Part shown: positions 37,363 through 50,824 of the stretch, piece after piece
How the letters are laid out: every line of letters begins with the position of its first letter
How positions within the stretch are numbered: position 1 is the first letter of the stretch
NCBI GenBank assembly: GCA_004022145.1
Contig: RCNU01000008.1
Strand: one strand, 5' to 3'
Source: Paecilomyces variotii
Taxonomy: Eukaryota
DNA: 64,000 nt
Notes under the pieces: generated by a model
The model's input: the letters and a program-made list of their open reading frames with translations, nothing else
Told to the model about the DNA's origin: nothing
The model's database searches: none
Position numbers and translations under genes: made by a program

Positions 37363-40194
37363 TTACATGACGATGCAATCGCCTTCGTTCTGTTTGGTGA
37401 CGTTGGAGCGCGAGACTCGTGTCTTTTGCATCCTGCCACCGCCCTTTTTTAGATCCTCGAGGCGTTCACGAGCTTTGTCAAAGTTCTGAGCTGTAGAATC
37501 AGTCAGTATTATGATTTATGCGGAGACCAACGTAACAAACAACTTACAAGCTGCCCGCCAATACCATCTCTTGGCGTCGTCAAGGTTGGAGGCGACGCCG
37601 ATACCAACCTCCGTAAAGTAACCCATGGCATACTCAGCCTTCGCGAGACCAGCAGAAGCTGCTTTCCTCGCCCATAGATAGGCTTCAGTGTCGCTCTGCT
37701 GCAGAATGCCTTCAGCTCCGGTCAGGTACCAACCACTGAGGGCAAGTTCACTCTGGTGTTCACCCTGTGCAGCCGCGCGAGTGTACCAAATGATACTTTG
37801 ACGCGCATCCACAGGGCAACCCATGAGACCATACTCGTATGCAGATCCGAGTCGGAACTGAGAGAATTTGTACCCAAGCTCTGCAGCCTGGTGGAAGAGC
37901 TGTCTGGAGTATTCTTCGTCCCGGATAACGATATCGTTGCCACTAGCGCTCTCATATAACAGACCGAGCTCATGGAGAGCGTGGGGATTCTCCTCGTCTG
38001 CACGTTCCGCAGCACGCTTCAACCATGAGATAGCTTCTCGCGGGCTCTTCTGCTGTCCCAGGAGACCCTTCAGCAGAATCATTCCCATCTTATACATGGC
38101 AGGCGTATTTCCCAGGGCTGCAGCACGCTTGTACCACTGAACCGCCTTGAACGGGTCGCGTTTGGTTCCGCCGCCTTCTTCCTGCCCCAGTTCGCAACAC
38201 ACAGCCACACGGTAAGCGGATTCCGCATGTCCCTGTTTCGCAGCAGATTGATACAAATGGAAAGCTTCCTTCGTGTCAACTTCCAGACCCAGCTGGCCTT
38301 GACCATAGCAGTCTGCCAGATAAAACATGGCTTCTGGATATCCGGCATGTACGAGCTTCTTTACCATTTTATAGGCATCCATGATATACTTTTCGCGTGT
38401 CTTGCTCTTCGTTTTGGCATCAAGCATTCCGTCTCCGTTAACAAGGACCGTTGAAGCTTCAACCATCTTCTTTGCTAACGTCAACTGTAGCTTCCGGTCC
38501 TCCGGACGGCTGCGCACCATTAGCTGCAGACGGTCAAGCTCTTGCTGAGTGACTGGCCCCGAATCCGGTTCTTCTCCAGCCACAGTTTGTTGCGGGATCT
38601 GACTAGGCCCGGGTGCGCCAGCAGGAGGGCCACCGTACTGTCGCACTGGAGCGGGTTTGGGGCCTTGATCAAGCCCAGGTCTGAAAGGTGTCGGATGAGC
38701 AGGCAGGGAGTCTGGGTTTTGCGGATCCACGCCCTGAAACTCCTGTGATTCCATACTGGGCTGATTTGACCTATATGGTCGTGGAGGGCCATTGTCTTGC
38801 ATAGACCCACCATATTGTTGTGGAGGCGCATAACCCCCGTAACTCTCAGTATACATCGGCATAGGTGGCCCCTGGTTTCCTGGGGGATATTGACTGTTCA
38901 TCGAATCTCCGTAGGTATTCTGATCATTAGGAAGGTCGAACTGAAACCCTGCATTTGCAAGCTCGTCGTGATGGTTGGTTCGGAGGTCGGGCTGCGACTG
39001 AGCTTTGTGAGCTTGTGCCGAGAACCCTGGGTTGTACGCAGCGTATTGGCCTCCCGACTGAGCAGCGGCTGGCGCCGGGGGCTTCCGGTCTTCTACCCCT
39101 GGTATAAAATGCTCCTGGTGACTCTGAGGATTGTCCGGCATAGCATCAAAGTTCGGCATATCGGGTTCATCGCCCTCTGCTGAGTCAAAGTAATGATCCA
39201 AGAAGTCGTCGTCCGAGGCGTCTTTGTCATCTGTGGACGCAGGTTGCGCAAGATAGCCTGCTGGATCTGACCGAGGAATAGTCGACGCGTCAGGCCTATA
39301 TCCAGTCGTAGTAGACGGTCTTGGAGGAGGGGGCTGGCTGTAAGGATCTGCATTGTAGGAAGTCGCAGATGCGGGCGTGTGTTCCTGGTACGTAGACTGT
39401 CCAGGGTACAGTGGTTGTCGCGGTGGCCCTGACTGCGTCGGAGAGTTGATGGGCATAGTCGCGCTTCTCGTTGCTTGCGGCATCACCGGCGGGACATTGG
39501 GATCAATGTACGGCCGCTCAGGTCTGCCTCGAGGTGGGCCATATCCAGCAGGTGGTGGTCCACGCGATCCGTACGGGTCCCTCCCATTTCTATATTCTCT
39601 TGGAGACGAGTGAGCACTTTGTTGTCTCGAGGAGTCGGAGCGGATCGAGTGAGAGGTATGCGGTCGCTCCGGGGCGCGCACAGGCGGCGATCTATCCTTC
39701 AAATCCATGCCTGCCATCTGCCTCTCAATACCAGTATCCGGCGGACCCTTGCGCATGTCCCAGGATCCATTCTGCGGCGGTCCTCCTTGTGCTGAATGCT
39801 CATTAGTTCTTGTTCATTTATTTCTGTTCGAAGCCTCTTACTCACGTGGTCTCATTCGCCCCTGCGGAGGAGGTCGATTCATCGGCCTGCCTCCTGGCCC
39901 GCCTGGCGGAGGTCGTCTTCTGTCCGGATTGCCTCGACCGTCATATCCAGGTTGGTGTGGCGGTCCACCGTAACCACCGCGCTGTGGTCGCGACTGCGAT
40001 CGCGGGGGATACGCCTGCTGGCCTCTGTATCCAGCGTCGCCATAGCCATCGTAGTTATCGTACCCATAATCCTGGTATCCTTGATCATAGCCGTTCTGCG
40101 GCGGACCCTGCCAGCCCGCAGCCTGAGGATACGGATTGTCGTATTGTCTGGTAGGAGGAGGCCGTTGCGGCGGCGCTCGCTGAGGATACGCCAT
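37363..40194 (-). CDS. CHS4: Chitin synthase activator (Chs4/Skt5 family; Sel1-like repeats, CaaX)
   Basis: Pro/Gly-rich N-terminus, then Sel1 repeats (EAMFYLADCYGQGQLG, AMYKMGMILLKG, AEYAMGYFTEVGIG). The last exon ends ...NEGDCIVM* (CaaX prenylation motif). Confidence 0.88.
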
Positions 40195-42828
40195 CCCCAG
40201 TCTGATATTAGCACCGAGGCCTTATCTTTCGCTTCGCCGTCGATTTGAGGGGCCGTCTCCGTCTTATGCAGCTTGACTGAGACTCGTTCCGTAGGGCTCT
40301 GGGACGGGGGATAAGGGTACTTGGCAACACTGCCAAGTATTAAAATGTGTTAGTCCTCACCATTATTATCGTCAACAAAAGAACCGTGAATGTCCGCGGG
40401 GCGTGGGTCTCACCCAGGGGCGTTTCTTTAATTTTAAGCTGAGGCCGATAGGAACGAACGGACGACGCTACGCAGAGAGCCGCGACGGAAGAGCCAAGAA
40501 ACGGGGACGATTCCGAATCTGAAGCTTGGAGGAGCACTGTAGAGAACCAATGCGGACAGATATCAACAGGGATTGTGACGCAAAAGGGCGCATTGGCATG
40601 AACGTGCGAGGAAGTAGTTGAGTTTCGATCCCTATCATAGCAGCATCGCAACACAACACAGAATCCGCAGGTCTGTCGCCTGCTGGCACTGCTCCTCTGG
40701 CAGGGGGACGAGAAGCAACAGCAGCAAGAATAATTGTGATGAAGCGCAGAGTGGCAGAGGGCTGCAATAATGAATCGTTAACAATTTTCAGCAGTGTCGG
40801 TCTCACGACTCCGAGGGGAGCAGCGATCACCTGTCGGGCCCGAACAAGTGGAGGGGGCAGTTGAATCTACCGCATTAGCTTCAGGAGAACGAACAACCAG
40901 CATCGTATCCGTTTGCCGGTTCCACCCCTCTCTGTCCTCTTGGAACTGGCCTATCTCGCCGATTGGCGCAGGTCTCTACAAGCTGAAAAAGGAGAACGAT
41001 GCAGCGCTGACTTGTTCGCGCAGCTCGCCGTTCGGCCGTGGATTCCAACTCACGATGAACGTTTTTTTGTCGCCCACGCCGCCGGCGTAAGGCTTTGGGT
41101 CCCTACAAGTTTGTTCTTCACCCCGCTGCTATTGTCGTCCTGGGCGCTGATCCTTTACGTTACACAGCAGTGGACTGTCCAACGAAGTTGGTCCTTTGGC
41201 CGGTTCTACAAAGTATCTAAGGCGCATCCAGTAGTATATCCACTGCTCGAGACAACTGATTCACCAAGTTATATCAATCCTTAGCCCTCCGTCTGTGACC
41301 TATCGAGAGCTAGAGACCCTGTCAAGTACTTAAAAGCTCTTGGTCTGCGGCCCCGCAAAGCGGAATGGTCCAACCTCATCTTCAAACGCATCTGACATTA
41401 CAGTTAAACTATTAGTCTTTCTGATACATACCTTCACTCTGCTTCTCCTGGCGCCCCGTACACCCCCGTCATCGGGAGAATTGTGCCTTGCGGGCCGAAC
41501 GGCTTGCGGGTAAAGCAGAGGCCAATGAGGTCTATGTAGATCAGGGGTTTGGCGTGATGCGAATCCGATCGTGGCTAGTTAGGTTCGATAACTGTTCGGA
41601 AGCCTGCTATCTCCATCCTTTCTCTGTGGCGCAAACGGGTTCCTTGACACGCCGGCCATTGGTGAATCTCCTATCTAGGAAACCGACGGCGTTGAACAAT
41701 GTGCTTATCTCCCCATCCCCAAACCAGCATTCAATTTCGGAGCATATAACGATATGTTGCTCCTGACGTCAACGGTCTTTAGATCTGCAGGTCGTGTTGC
41801 ATTTGGCGCAATTGGCGTCTCATCCAATACGTTCCGACCATTGTTTCATGCAATCAGAGCCAGAATGGTCGCCGATATGTTTCTCGAATCGCGTTCCTTT
41901 CGCCCATGTCGACTCAGAGAACGAAGCGGTACAGAATTACCATTTAGGCACGACATACTGACAAGGTACCTGATTGGACTTCAGACTGACCATCTAACTT
42001 GGTTAACCCATCTTTAATTACAAAGTCCGTAATTTGACACCATTGGCCGAGCAGGGTATGTATTTACTGAATCACTTACCCAAGCTTACTGCTCCGTAAT
42101 AGTTTATGAAACCGAGCGCACCTTTGATTCCCACAATATTCAGTCAATGATCAGAGCGACGCACTAGACGATAATACGATATTGTCAACGCTGCTCCGTA
42201 GTCTCATATCCGTACTCATCGTTCCCCAGTCCCAGGACGCAGAGGGATATTTATTGTGCCGGTTGGCTCTGGACTACCTCTAAGTCTTCTGATGATATGA
42301 GTTCTGGGACGATATCTTTGTTCTTTCTCTTAGTTAGGTTAGGAGACCGTTTAGTTAATGGTTGATTGTCGCTAGGTACCTAGGTAGAGAGGAAGTCTCC
42401 GAGATTGGTACACATTACGGTCGATAGCAGCTGGACACGGCCTTATGAGATTCTATGTTGCATATTCACCAGCTATGCAGATCTGTGGCCAGCCTGTCAA
42501 AACACGATGTCAAAAGGCATCATCTTATATGTGAATATAGGGACTTCCAGAGCACTGGTTGTATCCTCGATGTCACGGACTGCACGGGGTGTGGCTGCTC
42601 CCGAGAGCTGCGCCACAGAGTTTAATGCGCCACGTCCCAACTCCGGCGATGCGGCGAGTTACGCGGTAGCGATGGAAAGACTGGATAGTCGATTCCACTC
42701 AAACTCGACGGATTTGCATCCAGTCTCATTGCGGGCCAGGGGACTGGCATTATCGAAGTTTCGAGTTACGCCGGAAAGATTTGAATTGTCTCATCGGACG
42801 TGCTATCGAATAGCCTCAAACCTTCACG

Positions 42829-43447
42829 ATGTCGCGCGCAGTTACCTGGATGAAGATGGCCGGAGCGTATGAGCTTCCCCTTTACCAAGGCATACGATTT
42901 TCGCTATAATGATACAGTTACTCACATTTTCACAATTTTAGTGGCATAGTTCTCTGTGTCGGCGGCCCAGCTTTTGTTCAATATATTCGTCCAACAGAGG
43001 AGGAGCTTTTCAAGGTGCGCTTCTACATCGTTTATATCGTTCAACTATACCAATGGCGCGGGATGAACTTCGACTGACGACGTTCTTTACTATAGAGATA
43101 TAACCCTGAGCTTCAAAAGAAGAGTCTTGAGAATCGCGAACGCCGTGAGAAGGAATTCGATGACTACGTCACCAAGTTGAAGGAGTGGTCAAAATCGGAC
43201 AAGTCCAGTATGTTTTGACCGGATATTACAGCCTGTCTATTTTCAATCAATACCCCCGAGCAACCAGCTATTTCACTATCCTGTACACAAAACAATGACT
43301 AACTGCTCCGCGCAAATAGTCTGGGTGTCCGCTCAAGAAGATGCAGACAGGAAACGTGCAGAGATGGAAGCGCGTACGGTCCGTGCGAAGGAAGAAGCCA
43401 GGATACAAAGGGAAGAAATGCGAAAGGAGCTACAGGGCGAGAAATGA
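42829..43447 (+). CDS. CBP4: Cytochrome b / complex III assembly factor Cbp4
   Basis: Four-exon model absent from the ORF track: [81 protein letters not shown]... Confidence 0.85.
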
Positions 43448-43747
43448 CCCGGATTCGCAGATGAAGGGGTGACGCGCGCCCCTCGGAACCCTGTCTAATG
43501 GGCTTGTATTATATGACTGTCTCAGCTACGAAGCGATGCCAATGGCCTTTCTCTCTGAAATTGATACACTAATATGTACATTATATAACACTTTTAGGAC
43601 CTTCATATACGGCTCTTGCCAAAAGGAAGAGCAATGACAACTTCATCTCTACACAATACCTTGCTTCAGAGCTGACATATCTCGTGCCGCAGTCCCATCA
43701 TGGATTCATCAAGATAACTGAACTCACATGCAACCGAAAGGAGAATC

Positions 43748-44618
43748 CTAATCCTTCCCACGGTACAACTCACTCAACGGCCCCTGCCTGGTCCAGATAT
43801 TCATTCCCATCTTCTTCCCACTCGTCACCGGCAATCCCGCATGAAGCGTCGCCCGATCCCCAGTGCCATCTTGTTTCAGATTCTGCCAAAACACCGCGTT
43901 CCTTGGGATCGGACGGAACGTCACGCCTGCATCCCACGGCTCATCACAGTTGATGAATTCACACCATCGTTCGTCCATTGGCGCATCGAGCATGGGGAAA
44001 TTGGTCCCCCCACCCGTCACGTCCTCAACGGTGACATACACAAAAAAGGAAGTGAGCCTGTTCCCACCAACCTCGGCAGTTGTCTGGGATGGAGATTCGA
44101 ACCAGTCCGTATGATGCTGGTAGTTTTCACCAAGTTCATACGCGACGAGCTGAAGAGGTTCGAGATGCGAGCGCGGAATGTCGAATCCTTGGAACGCCAG
44201 GGCGCGGTTCTCAATGCAACGGATAACGTCGTCGCGAGGAGGGCTGGTCGAGCGAGAGTTGCGAGTTGTCGCGTTCATTCTGTTTCCGGCTTCATCGACG
44301 ACTTCGGATTTGGTGAATTGGGATTTCCTATAGATGTATTAGCAAAGCGACTTCAAATATCAAATGCATTTTCCTATATCCTGGGGGCAATACTTACGTT
44401 ATCTCTTGAAGGTGCAGTGTTTCTTCCTCCGTGATAAAATCAGGTATATAGATGACTAGAGGATCCTTGGAGAAGATATGGACACTATAATGGTGATCAG
44501 GACATGTTGTTTCGGATATGCTTTCTTTATTCCCGACGACTATTTGCTTCGCAGCTGCAATGCCAAAGCATAGAGAAGCAATTGTGCCAAGAAGTGGATA
44601 GAACAATGTGCGTCGCAT
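43748..44618 (-). CDS. Prolyl 4-hydroxylase-like 2OG-Fe(II) oxygenase with signal peptide (~266 aa)
   Basis: Exons 44618-44398 and 44327-43748. Signal peptide, 'IFSKDPLVIYIPDFITEEE', 'EPLQLVAYELGENYQHHTDWF' (HxD), 'GNRLTSFFVY', 'GGGTNFP', 'TLHAGLPVTSGKKMGMNIW' (distal His and 2OG-binding Lys). Confidence 0.88.
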
Positions 44619-45189
44619 GGCGCTTTTCTCTTGCTATCTATTCTGTGAACCTGAGTAGAATAAGAATCTTAAAATCCAAACAGAGAGAAGACATCCAGTT
44701 CCTACCCCTCCTGATGCGGAAAATATAATAGTAGTAAAACGGCCCTCCAACTCTCTACCCTGAAACAGAAAAATATCTAAAATAGAATATACCCCAACAC
44801 TTTCTCATCTGTCGCGCCTCCAAGTATAACTAACGGAGGCTGACACAGAAGTGGTTCAGATGATGAAACACCGCTTGTATGGATCTTGTCTGGGGAGCTC
44901 CGCGAGCTCCTGATCTACGCCAATCTACAACGAATCATAAATCAACAATGGTATTGCTCGCTCCTCAAAATGATGCCTCTTTGCATTACGTGGGGTGATG
45001 TTCCGTAGCTTCTCCCGGGGCTCTTTTTTTTTTTTTTTTTGTCTTCTTTTGCTCGATCGTTAAGCTGGCTTGTTTTGTCAACTTGTCTTTTTCAATTGTG
45101 CATATCATACTTCTCAGTTGCGGGACGAGGGAGTGTTGGCAGAAAGCAAATTGATAGACGTCAAAAGAAAAAGAAAAAACCTCCCCAAA

Positions 45190-46775
45190 ATGACGACACA
45201 GACGTCTTTCCGATGTCTATGGCCTTTGTTGTTGTTGGGCTGCGGTCTTTATCAGAGCTCTTTCGCAAGCGGGGAACTTGTCCCGATAGTATCGGAGAAA
45301 GAGTTCAATTCGATTGTCGGGAAGGATAATACGGTACTTGCTACTTGTAAGGATTCACTAAAATCATGACATTTCTATTTATGCCAAGTGAAGCTGATTG
45401 AAGGAAAGCTAACTGTGCTAATTGATAGTTATCTCTGTATGTTCTCATTCAGTCTTGAACATATATTAGGGACTCAGGCTCATAAACCGGTCAATGTACC
45501 TACCTACCTATATAGCCACAAAGGTAGGTACTATTACGCCTCTCTTCTATCCCATGGGATAAATGAAAAGACCACTAGCTAATAATGGAATTTCTCAGCC
45601 CTCCAAGTAACGCTTTATTCCCTGAACTTACGCAGGCTGCATCTACATTAACAGCGCCGCTCATCACTGTCGACTGCACGGCTGCTACAGCTCTATGCAA
45701 GAAATACGATATCAACGCCTATCCCACCATCAGACTCTTCCATGGCTTGGAAGATAATATTCGATATAGGGGCCCAAGAGCGGCAGATGCGTATGTACAT
45801 GACATTACATTGCTCTTTCTCCACTTGTACCCAATATCCTAATCTAGCAGAACCAACAAGTTATTATACGAAATAACTAACAATCCGATTATTATAAAAC
45901 CAGAATAATCTCATTCATGATAAAACAACAACTCCCCCCACTCACAACCCTCGACAACGAAACCATCCAAGTCTTCAAATCCATCGACGATAAAGTCTTC
46001 ATCGCCTATCTCCCACCTCCAACAGATGATGACGAGGAGGTATCTCCCGATGATCTCATCCGAGAAATATACACGTCCGTCGCGAACCAGAATCACGATC
46101 GTTTCGTATTTGGGATCTCGTTCGATCCGGCCCTCGCAGCGAAAGATGGTCTGCCTGTTCCGTCGATTGCGTGCTACAAGACGCGGTCCGAAGGGAATAA
46201 TGAGGCTCTTGCGGGAATCGAGTTCTCACGGAGGAAGGTGGAGGAGTTTGTGCAGGCGATGAGTCGGGACGTTATTGGTGAGATGAATAGGAGGAATATG
46301 CAGGAGTACATGCAGGTGAGCTCTGATCTGGCTTTTCGTGATCGGTTTGGGCGAGAAAACGGTCAGGACTAATGAAGTATATGAAAACAAGCCCTCTAAA
46401 CTCCTCGCCTATATCTTCTATGACACGCCCTCTACTCGCACGCATCTCCGACGCTCTCTTGGTCGCGTGGCCAAGAAACTTCAAGAATACGTGACGTTTG
46501 TCACCATTGATGATAATGAGTATGGTCATATCGCGACAAGTTTGGAGGTGCGGCCAGAGCTGTTACCCGCGCTCGTGGTCCACGACATGATGACGGATCG
46601 AGTATTTGTGTACGACCAAGAGGCAGAGATTTATCCTAAGGCAGTGGGGAAGATGCTACTAGATATTCTACAGGGAAAATCCACACCGGGGGTGCAGCCG
46701 GTGGAGGATCAAAAGGCACATGAAGAGAACAACGATGAGCAGAAGGGGAATGACAATGGACATGATGAATTGTAG
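45190..46775 (+). CDS. ER-retained PDI-like protein (a-b-b' thioredoxin folds, no CxxC, C-terminal HDEL; ~386 aa)
   Basis: Exons 45190-45346, 45429-45436, 45516-45523, 45599-45790, 45904-46315, 46392-46775 (1161 nt, in frame). Signal peptide, VDCT..ALCKKYDINAYPTIRLF, YRGPRAADAIISFMIKQQLP, and ends GHDEL. Confidence 0.8.
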
Positions 46776-47192
46776 GCTGCATGAGACATATCGTGGATAC
46801 AAACCCGTTGTCGACCAGGAATTCCGTGTAAAGACAAGTATAAAAGACACGTAGGAGAAGTATTAATGGCAATGGCTATGCCCATCTTCTGATCCAGATT
46901 CCCTGGCGTCGGATCCATTTTTGAATATCTAAATGGGCCCCCCGAGATTTGATTTGATCGAAATATTCCGCGGGGCATATGATCGTAGGAACCTCCCTTG
47001 ACTGATAGCGTGTCATAGGGTGTCATGGATTACTGTAATGTTCAATAGATGAGTGCAACCGGTAATATACAATTTCAATACTAGGATCAGCCCAGTTTTC
47101 TGTAGACGGACAGCGAATAGTTCAGACCATATACAATCACACGCCATACACCGCAATTGGGGGATACCAGGGTGTAGCCCCTAGGTACGAGG

Positions 47193-48723
47193 TCAAGATG
47201 ATACCATCCAGTAAGCCCCACCGATAGTGAAAATAATAACAAGGCCAGTAAGGATACCAGCACCAGCACGATCAGCAACAGTGATCTTGTCTTGATAATC
47301 ATGCAGGGAATCGTCATCTGAGGCGCCGGTGCCTGCAGAGTAGTCACCTTTACTGGTACCGCCGGTCATGTTCGTGACGGTATCTGGAACCTGGTCGATC
47401 AGATTGGATTGGAAAATTTCCATCGCACTCATCTGCTCCCCAACACCGAGACTGCCATCGAATTGTGCTCCCATCGTCCATCGCAAACCACAAGCATTAT
47501 TGGGGCCGCTGCACTGTTGAGCAGCTGCCATGGCTGAAGCCTGTAGCTTTGGTAGCAGTAGGTCGTGTGTGAAAGGCGCTAGCTTGATGGTGGCTGCCAT
47601 CCATCGTGCGAGGTAAGCTTTAAACGATCGTTGATCGACATTGCATTTTCCATTGCTTTCGCACGCTACTTCAGTCATGACGTTGTTCTCGAAGAAGACG
47701 TTTGTACCACGTATGATGCCTTCCAGGCGAGTCTTCCAGGTCTCTGATCCATTTGTCTGGGGTGTCTGTCAGTATAAAGGAGGTAGGAATTGACGAATAA
47801 GGCAGCCTTACAAATTTATACATGGCCGCCGCTCCCATCATGAAGACGCCACTATTGTAGGTCCACTGTATGTGGTTTAAACTCGTACAGTTTTGCGTAT
47901 CATCAGTACCATCGAAGAAAGTGTAGTCAGACGTGCCGAGTCCTATGGCCATAACCCAATCGAATGCTCGTTCCGCCCATTCCGCATATGTCTGATTGCC
48001 AGTGTACACGGCCAACCGAGAAGCTAGGTTGAAGAAGCAGCCGTTTGAGATAGTATTCTTGTAATTGTATCCGTTGTTGAATGAAAATATTTGCCACTTA
48101 AGGCCTCCTCCGCAGGTCGCGTTGTCCCAACGAGGAGCTTGCGTATTGAAGACGGCCTGCGCCAGCGCGAGCCACTGAGGTTGATCCTCCGGAGGATTAG
48201 GAAATCTGGTTTCGGCAGCAGTCATGGCTGCCATACCCCAGAACCCCTGATCATCATTTCCCAAAGTCTTTGACTGATTCGGCGGCATGTAATTTTCTTC
48301 CGGTCCGACCTGCCAAAGCATTGCCTGGGTTGTCACATCCACGTATTGCTTGTCCCCTGTGTAATAGTAGTAGTCGATCAATGCCCCGAACATCGCTCCA
48401 GCTTCCCACCAGTAATATGGATCCGGAAGGTTTCCAGGGACATCACCAGGGTGATCTCCCGTGTAGTATTTCATCATGCCAGCCGCCGCGGTCTTTGCCG
48501 CATTCTTGATCGATTCTAATGCGTAGGCAGTGAGCATCGGATGTCATAGTCATAGTTCGCTTTGCTGACAGACAGCGGAAAACACAAATCTTCAATCACA
48601 CATACCTGGGCTGTTCAGATCCAGATCAATAGCAGCTTGCACCATATGGGCACCCAGAAACACAGCACAGACGAGGGGTTTCCATGACCAAGTCTGGTCG
48701 AAAACATGTGGTAGTAACCTCAT
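47193..48723 (-). CDS. GH76 mannan endo-1,6-alpha-mannosidase/transglycosidase (Dfg5/Dcw1 family)
   Basis: Signal peptide, [12 protein letters not shown], catalytic [39 protein letters not shown], and a hydrophobic GPI-type C-terminus. Confidence 0.92.
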
Positions 48724-50824
48724 GTTTGCGCAAATTGAGACGTCAAAAAACAATAGGATAGTGTCGATACAGGGATAAAGCAAGATCTCAAATCGTCAAG
48801 CGAAAGCTATATGCATATCAACTGCACCGCGATTAAATTATGTACCGGATCATATCCAAGATACAGCACGTTGGTAAGGTTTGACGAGGAACGGCAGTCA
48901 GTTTCTTGCAAGGTGGTCATCCGGAGGCTGGAGATGTGTTGCTTCCCGCTGTAAAGTGCTGGAAGGAGAGAGCACCTAGGCGTTCACAATACGGCCAAGA
49001 CTCCAGCGAGGAGGCAGGGGGTTTGCTAGCGGGGTAAGCTCAAAACATAGCCACAGGAAGGAAGGAAGTGATTGTTAGAAAAAAAAAAAAGTGATCGGAA
49101 AGGAACGAGTGACCACCAGCATAGACTTGACGCGGTGTAGTATAGTTCGATGATGCTGCGGGTGTCAGCGACGGATGGGAGCCCGTCTAGGTTTATAACG
49201 AGTGTTAGAGAAGCCGCGGATGAGCACCTTGGGCCAGAAAGAATATAAATAAGCGAGTCTCATCAATTTCCGGCCTCAAGAGCTGCATGCGAATCCTTCC
49301 GCCGACAGCCATCGCCAAGTCACTGCACGGGAGGCGCGGGCTTGAGTACCTCCACTGCCAAGGAGCTTGGGAAGAACAGAAAGGCGCCCGGCGGAGTTTG
49401 TATTGGTCTTGGCTCCATGTTCCCGCCGGAAGAGGCATCTCCAGGGAGAGCGCTCATTGTTCTTGGTTCCAGAGGCCTGAACGGGCAGACTTTATGGTAC
49501 GAGGTCGAGTATATAGACTATCTAAGGGCATCTGGAGAGGTCACGATGTTGTTGCTCGCTCAATCGAGTAAAGGACGATAATAGGGCCCGAACCCCGCGA
49601 TCTTCAGGTCTAGACTCTTTCTCCAGGTGTGGAACTCCCCGGGGTGCCTTATTGCTCTCCCCAACGTCATGGTATCGAGTATTTAAGTACCTAGCTGGCT
49701 GTTTGCCAGGTCAGAAAAATCGCTGCGACAGTCCGCGTCCCAAGGACGACCGTGACCCAGGATAGCTGAAGCAAGAAAGCGCCATTGTCGAGCGTAGCTA
49801 GCAAAAGGGCAAACTAGGGTTGGTTTGCCAATACTACTACCTCCTCTGGCGCAGAGAATGTCTCGAGGGTCGCCGGTCTGGCGCTTTCTGCTCTTATTGG
49901 CGTAGCGCGACGCAGATCATCATAGGCCATTGGATGATGGACATGTTGACTAGTGCTGCGATTCAGTGACGACTAACGAGATTGGAGTCTGGAACAAGAT
50001 TATTGCCCTGTCCTGTTGGCTGCGAGATTGGATGCTCTGAAGGACATGTTTTGTCCTTGGATGGCGTTGCATACTGAAAAATTTCACGGAGGACCATGGA
50101 ACATTCCACCATGTCCAAAGCCGTTGTTGGCAATTCCATAGGACAGCCAGCCTAGAGTAAGCACAGTTGCCATTCCGTTATTGGGCTTTGGGCCATCTCA
50201 TCCTGGGCTAATAATCGCCACGCGAAGTGGCTGTTTTGGCCTGCACAGCCCCATACTGTCTCTCACGGCAACCAAGACACGCAGGCAGAGGCAATCTCAA
50301 AGGTTCAGTGATGATCCCATCACACTGTTGGATGGACAAACCAGTAGAAAGGACATTGGACTGTAAGAATGACTTGAGGATCTGGATCAGAATGACTCTG
50401 ACAAGCGCTAACTATTTTTCTTTGGTTATTAATGATGCTACAGCCGGGCGTAAAAATAGCAGACCGGCCACGAGCGGCGCGGTCACGTGCAGCAGCCCCG
50501 ACAGAACCGAAACGCTTCCATCTCCAGACGGTCGGCCCATTCACGCCCCCGACAGCGTCCTAGTGCCTCTGCTGCTTTCCCTCTTGTTCTCGACTTCAAC
50601 TTTGACGTCTCCCATCATCTCTCTCCTTGATACCCACCTCGTGATACCCACCACTTCCTCTTCCATCTGCTGAGACTCTCGTTGTCCTTCGTCGATCGAA
50701 GTAGAGAGATCTCCCCGCCTCCTGGTCAAAAGTTGCCAGCTAGCTTGACGATTTTACGAGATAACCGGAAACGCCACTACTCCTTGACACCTCGACCTGA
50801 CCAAACCGCATCGTTACCGTCACC

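Noticed and set aside
40340-42800. Cluster of medium ORFs between CHS4 and CBP4
   Set aside because: No protein-family signal. Consistent with a long 5' regulatory/UTR region of the divergent genes.
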